Position numbers and translations under genes: made by a program. From a virus (lineage: Duplodnaviria; Caudoviricetes), in the IMG/VR virus record IMGVR_UViG_3300006118_000033, positions 1 through 28,632 of that record: a DNA stretch of 28,632 bases. One strand, written 5' to 3'. This document shows, one piece after another, positions 17,213 through 26,290 of the stretch; positions within the stretch are counted from its first letter, which is position 1; each line of letters starts with the position of its first letter. Under the pieces are notes generated by a model. It saw nothing but the letters and a program-made list of their open reading frames with translations, was not told the DNA's origin and ran no database searches.

Positions 17213-19912
17213 ATGCCAACCGAACAACCTAATTTACCTGGATCAACTACGTTAGGATCTCAAAACGCACAAAATAATAACTTACCTAACCAACAGGCTG
17301 TAGATACACAAACAACAGCTAAAGCACCTCTAGTGCCACCTTCACAGCAAAAAGCACAAATGCCTGCTAATGTGAAATCTCCTAAATATTCTAAACATGT
17401 TGAACTACTAGCATTAATAACAAGCAACATGGTAGCTTCTTCCTCAGGTGAAGAACAAACTAGATTACTAATAGCAGGAGATACTGGATTAGGTAAAACT
17501 AGTTTCATCAGCCAATTAGGCAGAATGTTAGGAATGGGCACAATGATTATTGAAGTGCCTCACTTAGTGGAAGAAAATTTAATTAATATTCCGTATACCG
17601 TTGTAGATAAAGACGGAGCTAAACATCACGGAAACACACAAGTAGCCAAAGAAGGATCAAAATATAAATTAGTACAGGCTGAAGCAAGCTTGGTTACTGA
17701 AATCGATAAACTAATTAAAGTTCCGGATAATCAATATGATGCCCATATAAAAAGTTTAGGGTTTTATGAAAAAGGACTTTTATCAGAATTTGAAAAAGAA
17801 TATGGATTAGAAAGACTTTATCAAGCTAGAGAAATGTGGGATAGAATATTATTCATAGATGAATATTTTAGAACTACAACTAAAACTATAAGAACTTTAT
17901 TAAGAGGAATATTAAATGGGCAGATCGGTAACGATCCTATTCCACCTAAAACTTTTCCAATTTATGCTTCTAACTTATCAGATCAATCAGGCGCAATAGA
18001 AGAGCCAGAAAGTTATCATGCATTTGGAATAATAAATTTTGATGCTCCTTCATTAGAAAACTGGTTATATTATACAGTAGCCGAAGGAGTAGGAAAAAAT
18101 GTTCACTTCAAAGAACAGGTTATAAATGCCTTTGTTAAAAATATGAAAGATGAACACATTAGCATTAATGATGTTATAAGAACTAGTCCTCGCCGATGGA
18201 GTGAAATATTATTTTATCTAAATAATATGTTTCCTTTTAAGAAAGGAAGTGATGATGCAAATATTGCTTACAGCCATGTTAGAGCTCAATTTGAAAATCA
18301 ATCAAGAACTTTATCTGGAGGATTTGAAGTATTTCATAATATATTAAAAGATCTTGCAATTGCAAGCGGTGTAGCTCCTTCTTTTAAACAATTATCGGCA
18401 GGTAGATGGAGAGATGTTTTAAACAACGTTATCGTAAATGCTATACAGATCGGACCTTCTAAAAAATATGTACCAGTTATCCAAGGCGAACCGGGTATTG
18501 GAAAAACCGCTATTGTTGCGAAACTCGAAGCAGATCAATACGAAGGTGATGGTACTGGATTTAACTTAAGAACTGCTGTTGTTAACTGCACCACAATTCA
18601 TCCAGACGATATGCTAGGAATTCCTTCCGGAAAAGATATAGAATTTAAAGATACTACTAAACGAGTAACAGAATTTAGCGAACCTTTATTATATAATAAA
18701 ATTAATAAATTATTAATAGAAGCAACTAAAAATTATAAGAACCAGTTGATTAAGAGAGCAGAAGCCGGTAAATTGCAAGGTAGATCAGCCGAGCAAGTAT
18801 TCGAAGAATGGGAAAATCAAAAATATAAATTTGCTATTTTATTTGATGAAATTAATCGTGTTAAAGACATAAGAGTGTTTAATAGTCTTAGAAAATTAAT
18901 TTTAACTAAAGAATTTGATGGAAAATTTAAACTAGATCCCGGGACTGTTGTCATCGGATCAATGAATCCGGGCGATAGTCAAACCATGGAATTAACGGAT
19001 CATTTTAGAGATGCCATTGAAATCATACATTCCGAAGCAGACTGGAATGCATTCATCGGCTATATGAGAAATAACCGTTTTATAAAAACAGAAAAATTAA
19101 AATATACCCCAATATCTTATGCGTTAAATATCGGTAAAAACTTTATCGAAGGATTACCTAAAGCTAGCTTCATCACAAGAGATATCAAGGGAGAAAAAGA
19201 ATTTCATTGGTCAAGTGGAGGAGGGATTGACATAAGAGTTGATCCAAGAGCCTTAGACCATATGTATCGTGATCTAGTAGCAAATACAGACCTTGCTATT
19301 AAGTCTATGGAAAGAAAAGGAATATTCGAACCTGAAAATTTAGAATCAATCAAATCAGACCTTACAGAAAAAGCTGTTAATTCTTGTCGAGGGATTTTAA
19401 CAAAGAAGTTTATGGATATAGGAGCTTCTTCAATTAGTCCTAATTTTTTAAGTGCCTTTACGAGTTATATGTCAGATATCGTTAACGAAAGTATATCGAT
19501 GAAAACTACTAAGGAAACAGATCTAGAGAGTATATTAGATGAATTTGTTACAGGAAAGACTAAGAGCCTAGCTAATGTAGAAATGCACGGCTACATGTCA
19601 AAATTTGATCCGGCACAATTTAATGTAGACTTCGAAAGATATTTAGAAAAATTATATAAAAAATCGGGTGGCGATTTTGATGAATTCAGCAATGACGTTC
19701 TTAATATTTTAAACAGCGTAAAAGAAGGAACTCAAAAATTAAAATGGTCTTACGAAGCATTAAATCAATTTTATAGACCAATAGAAGTTATGTTAGAATC
19801 TATTCTCGAATCTGAATATTCAGATTTAGATAAAAATCCACATGATGCTAAGTTAGCTGCTGTTGGTAAATTCTGGAATGAGGTTCTCTCCGCTACAGGA
19901 GCCGGGGCTTAA
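17213..19912 (+). CDS. Tandem double AAA+ ATPase, MoxR-like
   Basis: Domain 1: GDTGLGKT, ILFIDEYFR, YASN, SPRRW. Domain 2: GEPGIGKT, ILFDEINR, GSMNP, DPR. Q/N/P-rich disordered N-terminus. Confidence 0.88.
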   Translation: MPTEQPNLPGSTTLGSQNAQNNNLPNQQAVDTQTTAKAPLVPPSQQKAQMPANVKSPKYSKHVELLALITSNMVASSSGEEQTRLLIAGDTGLGKTSFISQLGRMLGMGTMIIEVPHLVEENLINIPYTVVDKDGAKHHGNTQVAKEGSKYKLVQAEASLVTEIDKLIKVPDNQYDAHIKSLGFYEKGLLSEFEKEYGLERLYQAREMWDRILFIDEYFRTTTKTIRTLLRGILNGQIGNDPIPPKTFPIYASNLSDQSGAIEEPESYHAFGIINFDAPSLENWLYYTVAEGVGKNVHFKEQVINAFVKNMKDEHISINDVIRTSPRRWSEILFYLNNMFPFKKGSDDANIAYSHVRAQFENQSRTLSGGFEVFHNILKDLAIASGVAPSFKQLSAGRWRDVLNNVIVNAIQIGPSKKYVPVIQGEPGIGKTAIVAKLEADQYEGDGTGFNLRTAVVNCTTIHPDDMLGIPSGKDIEFKDTTKRVTEFSEPLLYNKINKLLIEATKNYKNQLIKRAEAGKLQGRSAEQVFEEWENQKYKFAILFDEINRVKDIRVFNSLRKLILTKEFDGKFKLDPGTVVIGSMNPGDSQTMELTDHFRDAIEIIHSEADWNAFIGYMRNNRFIKTEKLKYTPISYALNIGKNFIEGLPKASFITRDIKGEKEFHWSSGGGIDIRVDPRALDHMYRDLVANTDLAIKSMERKGIFEPENLESIKSDLTEKAVNSCRGILTKKFMDIGASSISPNFLSAFTSYMSDIVNESISMKTTKETDLESILDEFVTGKTKSLANVEMHGYMSKFDPAQFNVDFERYLEKLYKKSGGDFDEFSNDVLNILNSVKEGTQKLKWSYEALNQFYRPIEVMLESILESEYSDLDKNPHDAKLAAVGKFWNEVLSATGAGA

Positions 19913-19913
19913 C

Positions 19914-21083
19914 ATGAGATTTTTTGAATTCAGAACTATAATCAAAGAAGCGAGGTATGGATTAAGATCAGAAAAAGGAGAAGTTGTTTTTAGAACTTCT
20001 AAGGTAGACGATCCTCATATCTTAAATGCTATTAAAAAAATATCTCAGGATACCGGCGTTCCGATGGATGATATGTTGGCATCTTTAAAAGTCGAAAATG
20101 AAATGACCGAAAAGTTGGGTGAGTATAGTAAGATTTTACATGACATTGCGATTAAAAATGTAGGCGAACATGCTCTATGGAATATTGTTGACACTATTCC
20201 TTCCGAAAAACTTAATTCTTCATTTGATGAAACTACATTTATTATGCTATGTCAAGAGATACAACAACGAGAAAAAGGTTTTTTTCCTTTAAAATCTGTT
20301 GATAAAAAATTACATAAAAAGCTGATAAGTCAACTTCATCCTATATTAATCCCATCTTCTTTTAAACAATATCAACAGTATAATGATCAAATTACTACAG
20401 CCGCTGTCTCTAGTGATGGAAACTTCTTTTTTAATGTGCCTTTCATGCAAAAACTAGTTTACTTCGGCGATGTTATAGATGTAAAACCTACACGGCCTAT
20501 ATACGTTTCCAATGGTGGAAACATACCTGATAGTTACTGCTTCATCGAATTTTTGATAATGCACGAATTGTGTCACTTTATATTCGGAGACATTTCAGAT
20601 TCGTCGCGATATAAACAATACGAACATAGATTGCATAACATCGCACAAGATTTTCGAATTAACTTTGAGTTAACTAAATTAGGATTTACACCATTACCTT
20701 TAGGAATGTTTAGTGATGAATTAAATGCTGATAGATTTGAGAATTACCTAAAGTTATTGAGAGCTGTTAAAGAAGAAATAGATAAATTACCACCTTGGTT
20801 GCAAACTTGGTTTGAAGAGACTAATAGTCCAGACCAGCACGACGATCCGAATGATACAGACGATCAACAGAACCAGAATAAACATCCTTGGAGACCAAGT
20901 CTCGGTGATATTGTGTTGATATCTAATGAGGGAAGATTTGGTAGAGTCGTAGAAATTAAACCTAATGATATGTACGCAATCACCCCAGTTTCAATACAGG
21001 AATTAGAAAAAGAATATCCTGGAATTAAAATTGGCACAGAAAAAGGTAAAAAGGAATCTGGTGAAAAAGGTAGTCAACCATGA
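19914..21083 (+). CDS. Zinc metallopeptidase-like protein (DUF2201 N-terminal type) with C-terminal KOW/SH3-like segment
   Basis: TAAVSSDG, MHELCH (HExxH), HNIAQDFRIN; ATG 19914 lies 1 nt after the AAA stop (track start 19863 is probably too long). Confidence 0.82.
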   Translation: MRFFEFRTIIKEARYGLRSEKGEVVFRTSKVDDPHILNAIKKISQDTGVPMDDMLASLKVENEMTEKLGEYSKILHDIAIKNVGEHALWNIVDTIPSEKLNSSFDETTFIMLCQEIQQREKGFFPLKSVDKKLHKKLISQLHPILIPSSFKQYQQYNDQITTAAVSSDGNFFFNVPFMQKLVYFGDVIDVKPTRPIYVSNGGNIPDSYCFIEFLIMHELCHFIFGDISDSSRYKQYEHRLHNIAQDFRINFELTKLGFTPLPLGMFSDELNADRFENYLKLLRAVKEEIDKLPPWLQTWFEETNSPDQHDDPNDTDDQQNQNKHPWRPSLGDIVLISNEGRFGRVVEIKPNDMYAITPVSIQELEKEYPGIKIGTEKGKKESGEKGSQP

Positions 21084-21445
21084 TTAAAGTTTATCCATTA
21101 AGATATTTACGTCCTATAGAACAAAAACCTCAAGAGGGTAATGGTCCGCCTCCACCTAGTACACCTCCTGGAGAGGGCGGATGTAAGATTAAAGTAGGAC
21201 AATTGATAAAAAACAGGAAAACAGGAGCGATAGGCCAAGTGATAGAAGTGGACGATCAATGCCGCGCTAAAATACGAGAGCTAACCTATGATGAAATTAT
21301 GTCAATCAAACGGTCGATGCAGCCCGGCGGAGGACAGGACATCAATGATTTAAAAATTCCCGATTCTCCCAACGTTGAACCGAATCTCGAAGAATCAAGA
21401 TTAAAAGAATTGTTAAATAAAATCATTAAAGGAGTATCTACATGA
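21080..21445 (+). CDS. Small Pro-rich protein with KOW/SH3-like domain
   Basis: KIKVGQLIKNRKTGAIGQVIEVD; ATGA overlaps at both ends. Confidence 0.75.
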   Translation: MIKVYPLRYLRPIEQKPQEGNGPPPPSTPPGEGGCKIKVGQLIKNRKTGAIGQVIEVDDQCRAKIRELTYDEIMSIKRSMQPGGGQDINDLKIPDSPNVEPNLEESRLKELLNKIIKGVST

Positions 21446-22434
21446 CCTGGTGGAATGAAGATGAGTACGAGCCTTGGCCGTCGCCGCCGCCTCCACCACA
21501 AGGCAAAGGAGGTAACTCAGATGATTCAGATAAACCGGATCAACCTCCTTCAGAAACTCAACCCTCAGAAGAACAAGATGATCTAGACGAAAAAGATCGT
21601 GATTCTTGGGAAAAGGTTAAAAATAAATTAAGACAAGAGCAAGGCGATGAAGCAGGAGCTCAAGCGAGTAGCGATGACGAAGGTCAAGGAAAAGAACAAA
21701 AACAAGGATCTCAGTCTGGCCAGGAAATAAAAACCGACTATACTCCTAAGTATCCATGGCAAAATCTCATAAAGAAGTTTATATCTAAATCGACTATTTT
21801 AGACCGTAGTTATAGTAAAGCTAATAGACGAAATGCCGGCGGTCCGGAAGAATTAGAAATAACAGGAAGCAGTGTAGTTAGGCCTGGAGAAAAAGAACTT
21901 GATCCGATATATAAAATGTGTTTTGTTGTCGACTCTTCCGGCAGTATGATTGGATCTGTTGATAAAGCATTAATTGAAGTACAAAAATTATTATCAGTAG
22001 TAGCGAAAGGATCTGATCCACAATTTGGATTAGTATTTTTTACAACTGATGCTTATTATTATTCTTGTAATCTAAAAAAAGGCGAAGCTATTAAAGTTAA
22101 CAGTTTTGACGAGCTTATGAACCCACCGCCTAATGCTACAAAATTATCTCTAAAAGACGTTCTTAATTCAGCCTATAGCGGAGGAACGGTTTTTTCGAGG
22201 CAAATGGCTGATCAAATAAAAAATATGCTAAAACAAAATTATAATGTATGTATGTTTACAGACGAAGGTATTTTAGATCAAGTAGGAACAATTTCAAATT
22301 GGAAGAACTTTTTATCTGTTTATACCAGCGCTGTAGGTAAGCATTTATTTTTAATTTTAAATAATCAAAGAAACTTTAAATTAATCGTTGATAAAATGGG
22401 AGGACTGAAACCTGATAATTTCAGTCATTTATAA
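21442..22434 (+). CDS. von Willebrand factor A (vWA) domain protein
   Basis: MIDAS motif FVVDSSGSM, GGT, MFTDEG; acidic/Pro-rich N-terminal linker and PWQNLIKKF...RSYSKANRR as in DUF2201 C-terminal halves. Confidence 0.88.
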   Translation: MTWWNEDEYEPWPSPPPPPQGKGGNSDDSDKPDQPPSETQPSEEQDDLDEKDRDSWEKVKNKLRQEQGDEAGAQASSDDEGQGKEQKQGSQSGQEIKTDYTPKYPWQNLIKKFISKSTILDRSYSKANRRNAGGPEELEITGSSVVRPGEKELDPIYKMCFVVDSSGSMIGSVDKALIEVQKLLSVVAKGSDPQFGLVFFTTDAYYYSCNLKKGEAIKVNSFDELMNPPPNATKLSLKDVLNSAYSGGTVFSRQMADQIKNMLKQNYNVCMFTDEGILDQVGTISNWKNFLSVYTSAVGKHLFLILNNQRNFKLIVDKMGGLKPDNFSHL

Positions 22435-22436
22435 AA

Positions 22437-23204
22437 ATGAAATTAAAAAAATTATTAAAAGAAAATACAGATAACATTCGGAAAGATCTTGCAACTCTTT
22501 TTTATGTAGACGGTGATTATCATTTTGACTCATCAAAAGGTGGTTGGGTTTTTGAAGGAGATCTAAGAGCTGATAATAAAGAAAATTTAGTTGAGATTCC
22601 TTTTCCAATTGCCGAAGTTCACGGAGAGTTTAGCATAGAAGCCTGCGGCATACAGAGTCTTAAAAATTTTCCTCGTAAAAGTTCTCTCATTAAAGTTGCA
22701 GCATGCAGTGGTCTAAAAACTTTAAATACTGATGGGTTAATCGAATCAGAGTCGATAAATTTTCAACATATTGCCAACGAAGAATTAACAAATCTATCAG
22801 GGTTTGAAGTTAAAACAAAAAATCTTGTCTTGAGAGCTGTAAGAAATCTTAAAACACTAAGCGGACTTAAAGGTCATGTACAAAATTTAATTGTAGGAAA
22901 TCTTCAAAATATAGAAGAAGATTTTTCAAAAATTCCAGCATCATTAGTAAATCATGTTACAATTGATTTAGAAAAAGGTGGATTTTTAAAATCTAAACTT
23001 ATTCTTCCTATATTGTTTCAAAAATTAGAAGAAAATAATGGAGATTTTGCTACTGTTAAATTAGAGAAATTAGAAAAAACAAAAGATGAAGTATTGAAAA
23101 AGATACTTATAAAATATCGTTATAGTGGAGCTCAAGGAATGATTCCTCTTATAAGAGAATTAAGATTAACTGACGATAAGTATAAACTTCTAACTAATAT
23201 ATAA
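22437..23204 (+). CDS. Leucine-rich-repeat-like protein
   Basis: Spaced IQSLKNFP, LKTLNT, LTNLSGF, LKTLSGL, LQNIEE repeats; starts 2 nt after the vWA stop. Confidence 0.6.
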   Translation: MKLKKLLKENTDNIRKDLATLFYVDGDYHFDSSKGGWVFEGDLRADNKENLVEIPFPIAEVHGEFSIEACGIQSLKNFPRKSSLIKVAACSGLKTLNTDGLIESESINFQHIANEELTNLSGFEVKTKNLVLRAVRNLKTLSGLKGHVQNLIVGNLQNIEEDFSKIPASLVNHVTIDLEKGGFLKSKLILPILFQKLEENNGDFATVKLEKLEKTKDEVLKKILIKYRYSGAQGMIPLIRELRLTDDKYKLLTNI

Positions 23205-23205
23205 T

Positions 23206-24387
23206 TTATTTTAATTTATAATATAATTCTTCTCTTATCGATTTAAACAGTTCTTTAAATCCCGACTTCTCTCCCTTCATTAATTTAGAAAGGATAAGAT
23301 CGCTATCGGATATTTTATCATATGGATGTGCTTTTCTATAGGCCGCTATATCATTAGCGAATTGCGACATAAAATTACCAGAACCTAATGCGCTGCTGAC
23401 TGCTTCTTTCCATATTGACTTAAATTGATCTGTATCTGAAATACTATCATACGGTTGATTTTTAATATTGTTAAGATGGTCTGATACATCGTCGTAGAGA
23501 TTAGAAGTATCGCCATCTCTATTTAGAAATAGTTTTGCTACTTTCTGCATAACCACGGGAGCTACTTTAAACAGTCTTGCAGAAATATCATCTTCAGATT
23601 TTAAAGGATCTGCTCTTCTAAGCTTTTCTCTAGCATTTACTTTAGCTCGTTGTACGCTAGCACCTGCAGTTCCTAATTTTCTACTACGTCGTCCACTGAA
23701 TCTTTCAGGTGGTAAAGAAGATAGATCAGGAGCATCTCTATCTTCTAATCTATATACTGTAATGTCATCTGGTTTAGTTCCACCTACGAATTTTTTAATC
23801 TCATCAGATATATTAGGTCCAGCTTCTGGTTTTTCTTTATGCCCATATCTGCCGCCTCTAGTAGCTGTAAATTCGTGTATTTTGATGTCTGCCCCATCCT
23901 TAAGACTTGCGTACATAATGTAAACTAAATCTGGATCTCTAGAAGGATCATATGGTTTATAATCTACTATCACTCCTCTTCTATTTCGAACAGGAATTCG
24001 ATGAGCTGTAGGATCATCTAATTTAGGTCTTAGATATTCCGTTTTTGGTTTAAAGGCGGCCCACCCATTCGGACCATGAAAGACTATAAAGTTATCATAA
24101 TGTGTTTTAAAATCATATAATTGTAAATTAGTTACTTTAGGATGTTTCTCATGCTTATATGGAACTAGTCTAGCGCGATCACTAACCAATTGATCATCAT
24201 GTAGGAATTTAGCCAGTTTGGTTCCTTCGGGATCGCTACCAAATGTTTTTAACAAAGGGCTTGACTCAAACAACGCAGCTAATTCTTCATAAATTCCTGT
24301 CGCTTCGATTGCTTCATCAAACATAGATTCAAATTCTAATAAATCCAGTTTATTTCTTAAATTTTTAATTAAGTTAATATCTGACAT
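23206..24387 (-). CDS. Hypothetical late protein
   Basis: About 393 aa, convergent with the AAA operon; TATAAATA on the minus strand at 24417-24424 and AAGGTG SD before ATG 24387. Confidence 0.8.
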   Translation of the reverse strand: MSDINLIKNLRNKLDLLEFESMFDEAIEATGIYEELAALFESSPLLKTFGSDPEGTKLAKFLHDDQLVSDRARLVPYKHEKHPKVTNLQLYDFKTHYDNFIVFHGPNGWAAFKPKTEYLRPKLDDPTAHRIPVRNRRGVIVDYKPYDPSRDPDLVYIMYASLKDGADIKIHEFTATRGGRYGHKEKPEAGPNISDEIKKFVGGTKPDDITVYRLEDRDAPDLSSLPPERFSGRRSRKLGTAGASVQRAKVNAREKLRRADPLKSEDDISARLFKVAPVVMQKVAKLFLNRDGDTSNLYDDVSDHLNNIKNQPYDSISDTDQFKSIWKEAVSSALGSGNFMSQFANDIAAYRKAHPYDKISDSDLILSKLMKGEKSGFKELFKSIREELYYKLK

Positions 24388-24416
24388 AAGAGACAACACC
24401 TTTATATTCGTATAAC

Positions 24417-24444
24417 TATTTATAACTTTTTTAAAGAATAAATA
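24417..24444. promoter_or_regulatory. Divergent late promoters (- TATAAATA 24417-24424, + TAAATA 24439-24444)
   Basis: Read directly in the intergenic gap. Confidence 0.55.
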
Positions 24445-24453
24445 TCCATATGA

Positions 24454-24687
24454 GTGTCCAACATGACATTAGCTAACGCTCCTTTCAATAAACGATTAGT
24501 TATATCTTCAGTGGAAAATTTACAGCTATCTGAAATAGGGTTTATTCCAGGAGCTATAGTTCGAATTATAGCAAAAGCTCCATTCAAAGGACCTATAGCG
24601 GTCCGCGTAGATTCGTCGACATTTGCTATTAGATTAGAAGAGGCTGCACAAGTAAACATTAACGATTGTGAAGATATCGCGACTTAG
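24454..24687 (+). CDS. feoA: Ferrous iron transport protein A (FeoA, SH3-like)
   Basis: MTLANA...LSEIGFIPGAIVRIIAKAPFKGPIAVRVDSSTFAIRLEEAAQV matches the FeoA pattern (LxxxGxxPG, APxxGP, xAxRxxEA). Start may be ATG 24463. Confidence 0.88.
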   Translation: MSNMTLANAPFNKRLVISSVENLQLSEIGFIPGAIVRIIAKAPFKGPIAVRVDSSTFAIRLEEAAQVNINDCEDIAT

Positions 24688-24693
24688 ATATTC

Positions 24694-24701
24694 TATAAAT
24701 A
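24694..24701 (+). promoter_or_regulatory. Late promoter TATAAATA
   Basis: Full T4 late consensus 4 nt before ATG 24706. Confidence 0.7.
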
Positions 24702-24705
24702 TATC

Positions 24706-25617
24706 ATGCAGATTCAAGAATTACTAACAGCTACTCAAATATTTACAGAAGCAAAATCTCCTCGAGGAGATTGTTTTGAAGTAGCAGCAAAAAATACAAT
24801 TGATAACCCTAATTTAGTTTTAGTACATGCATTTGTATCGGGTCAAGGACCTTTAGAGGGCCGACGTTTCGAGCATGCGTGGAATGAAGATGGCGATATA
24901 GTAATAGATAATAGCAATGGGCGTAAGATTAAAATTCCTAAGATCTTGTATTATACCATAGGTCGTATTGATACTGATAACCCTGAAGAATACAGAGTTT
25001 ACAATAAAAAATCTGCAATAGAGCATATGTTAAGGACAGAACATTGGGGACCTTGGGAATTAAGAGGTAGCAGTGATCGTCCGGCTAGCTCGAAAAAACG
25101 TAAAAAAGATAAAGTTACAGAATCTGAAGTTCCTAAGCATCATCCAGCATGGAGTTGGATGAATCATATTAATCCTCAAATCAAACAGTCTCTAAGCCAC
25201 GTTACTGAGGAAGACTATACTCGTTTTCTCAGTTTAAAAGACGGATTCAAACACAAAATAGATTGGCCTGACTCGTCCTTTGAAGAAAACAGAAAGGCCA
25301 CACTATTCTTAATCAATTACTTTAAGATGTCTATAGATTGGGACGACAGCGGATATCTAGAAAATTATGAAACTAGTGCTACTTGGGCGTGGAAAGAGTA
25401 CATATGGATACTGCATCGTTCGCCAGAATTATCGATGTTTTCTGTAGGCGGAATGACTCCTTCAAAGAACCCAGGGTATGGCAGTCATATGACGCATAAA
25501 ATCTGGGTCTGTACCAATAACGATCGATTGGCACGAATTGTTCTTGCCATGAGTAGAGATATTAATCATTCAGAGAAATTTTTTAAACTTATCCAAAAGT
25601 TCTGGCCAAAAAAATGA
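24706..25617 (+). CDS. Two-domain protein: N-terminal papain/transglutaminase-like domain plus a domain paralogous to the next gene
   Basis: GDCF...EHAWNE...VID Cys-His-acid arrangement; YFKMSIDWDDSG is shared with the next ORF. Confidence 0.65.
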   Translation: MQIQELLTATQIFTEAKSPRGDCFEVAAKNTIDNPNLVLVHAFVSGQGPLEGRRFEHAWNEDGDIVIDNSNGRKIKIPKILYYTIGRIDTDNPEEYRVYNKKSAIEHMLRTEHWGPWELRGSSDRPASSKKRKKDKVTESEVPKHHPAWSWMNHINPQIKQSLSHVTEEDYTRFLSLKDGFKHKIDWPDSSFEENRKATLFLINYFKMSIDWDDSGYLENYETSATWAWKEYIWILHRSPELSMFSVGGMTPSKNPGYGSHMTHKIWVCTNNDRLARIVLAMSRDINHSEKFFKLIQKFWPKK

Positions 25618-26123
25618 AAATAAATCAATTAATCAACGAAGCACAGCTCTATGTAAAAGGAATACCTAACCACTTACTATCCAGCATAGAGCCGGATACT
25701 GTTCCTGAATTTGAATCCAAAATTCAAGAGTTTGCTCATAACAGTAATATGATCAGCTTTGCAGATCTATCATCTACTGAAATCGAATGCCTCGAGCTCA
25801 TGTTGAGATACTTTAAGATGACCGTGGATTGGGATAATGTGGGCGTGCTACATGATAGAATTAAACTGATAATCGACAGCGACGTTTGGTCTTTTTTAGA
25901 TCTACAATGGGTTACCTATGATTCGCAAATGGCCACTATCATGCTTTTAATAGGATCTACAAATGCTGTGGGCAATTATCCTCATAATACATCTCGAACT
26001 ACGGCAGTTTTCATTAAGTTTAAACAACCCGATCTACGCGAGTTAGCTTACAATATTAAACGCAAAATGAATGACTATGAAGACTTTTGGGACTACATAA
26101 AAGAACTCCTTCATGACCATTGA
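25614..26123 (+). CDS. Hypothetical protein, paralog of the preceding C-terminal domain
   Basis: YFKMTVDWDNVG; ATGA overlap; N-terminus MKINQLINEA. Confidence 0.75.
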   Translation: MKINQLINEAQLYVKGIPNHLLSSIEPDTVPEFESKIQEFAHNSNMISFADLSSTEIECLELMLRYFKMTVDWDNVGVLHDRIKLIIDSDVWSFLDLQWVTYDSQMATIMLLIGSTNAVGNYPHNTSRTTAVFIKFKQPDLRELAYNIKRKMNDYEDFWDYIKELLHDH

Positions 26124-26201
26124 TCGGTCTGCACTACAACTGCCTCTCTCGCGTAGCGTAGCGCAGAATTTTTCCCACCCATTAACTACCAACTTAACCC
26201 C

Positions 26202-26274
26202 GGTCTATACTAACCCTAAAAATCTGCTGCGCAAATTTTTCCCACCATGGAGATCTTGACCCCAGGTGATTTTT
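26202..26274 (+). repeat. 73-bp imperfect direct repeat, copy A
   Basis: Aligns without gaps to 27612-27684 (offset 1410); 52/73 identical by hand count. Confidence 0.8.
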
Positions 26275-26284
26275 GCTGTATAAT
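26256..26284 (+). promoter_or_regulatory. sigma70 promoter TTGACC-17-TATAAT
   Basis: Near-consensus; -10 ends 6 nt before ATG 26291. Confidence 0.8.
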
Positions 26285-26290
26285 AAAGAA

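Noticed and set aside
19914-22434. Frameshifted pseudogene of a single DUF2201 protein
   Set aside because: Both junctions are clean ATGA stop-start couplings with upstream purine-rich SD-like sequence, and the HExxH and MIDAS motifs are intact. Sequencing error cannot be fully excluded without reads.
2683-24659. Antisense or nested short ORFs (2683-2994, 3019-3225, 4484-4672, 4916-5233, 5127-5327, 5680-6060, 8207-8458, 8603-8839, 8745-9041, 8776-9012, 10490-10672, 13717-14121, 17260-17541, 21286-21501, 24420-24659)
   Set aside because: Shadow frames of well-supported genes, with no motifs or expression signals.
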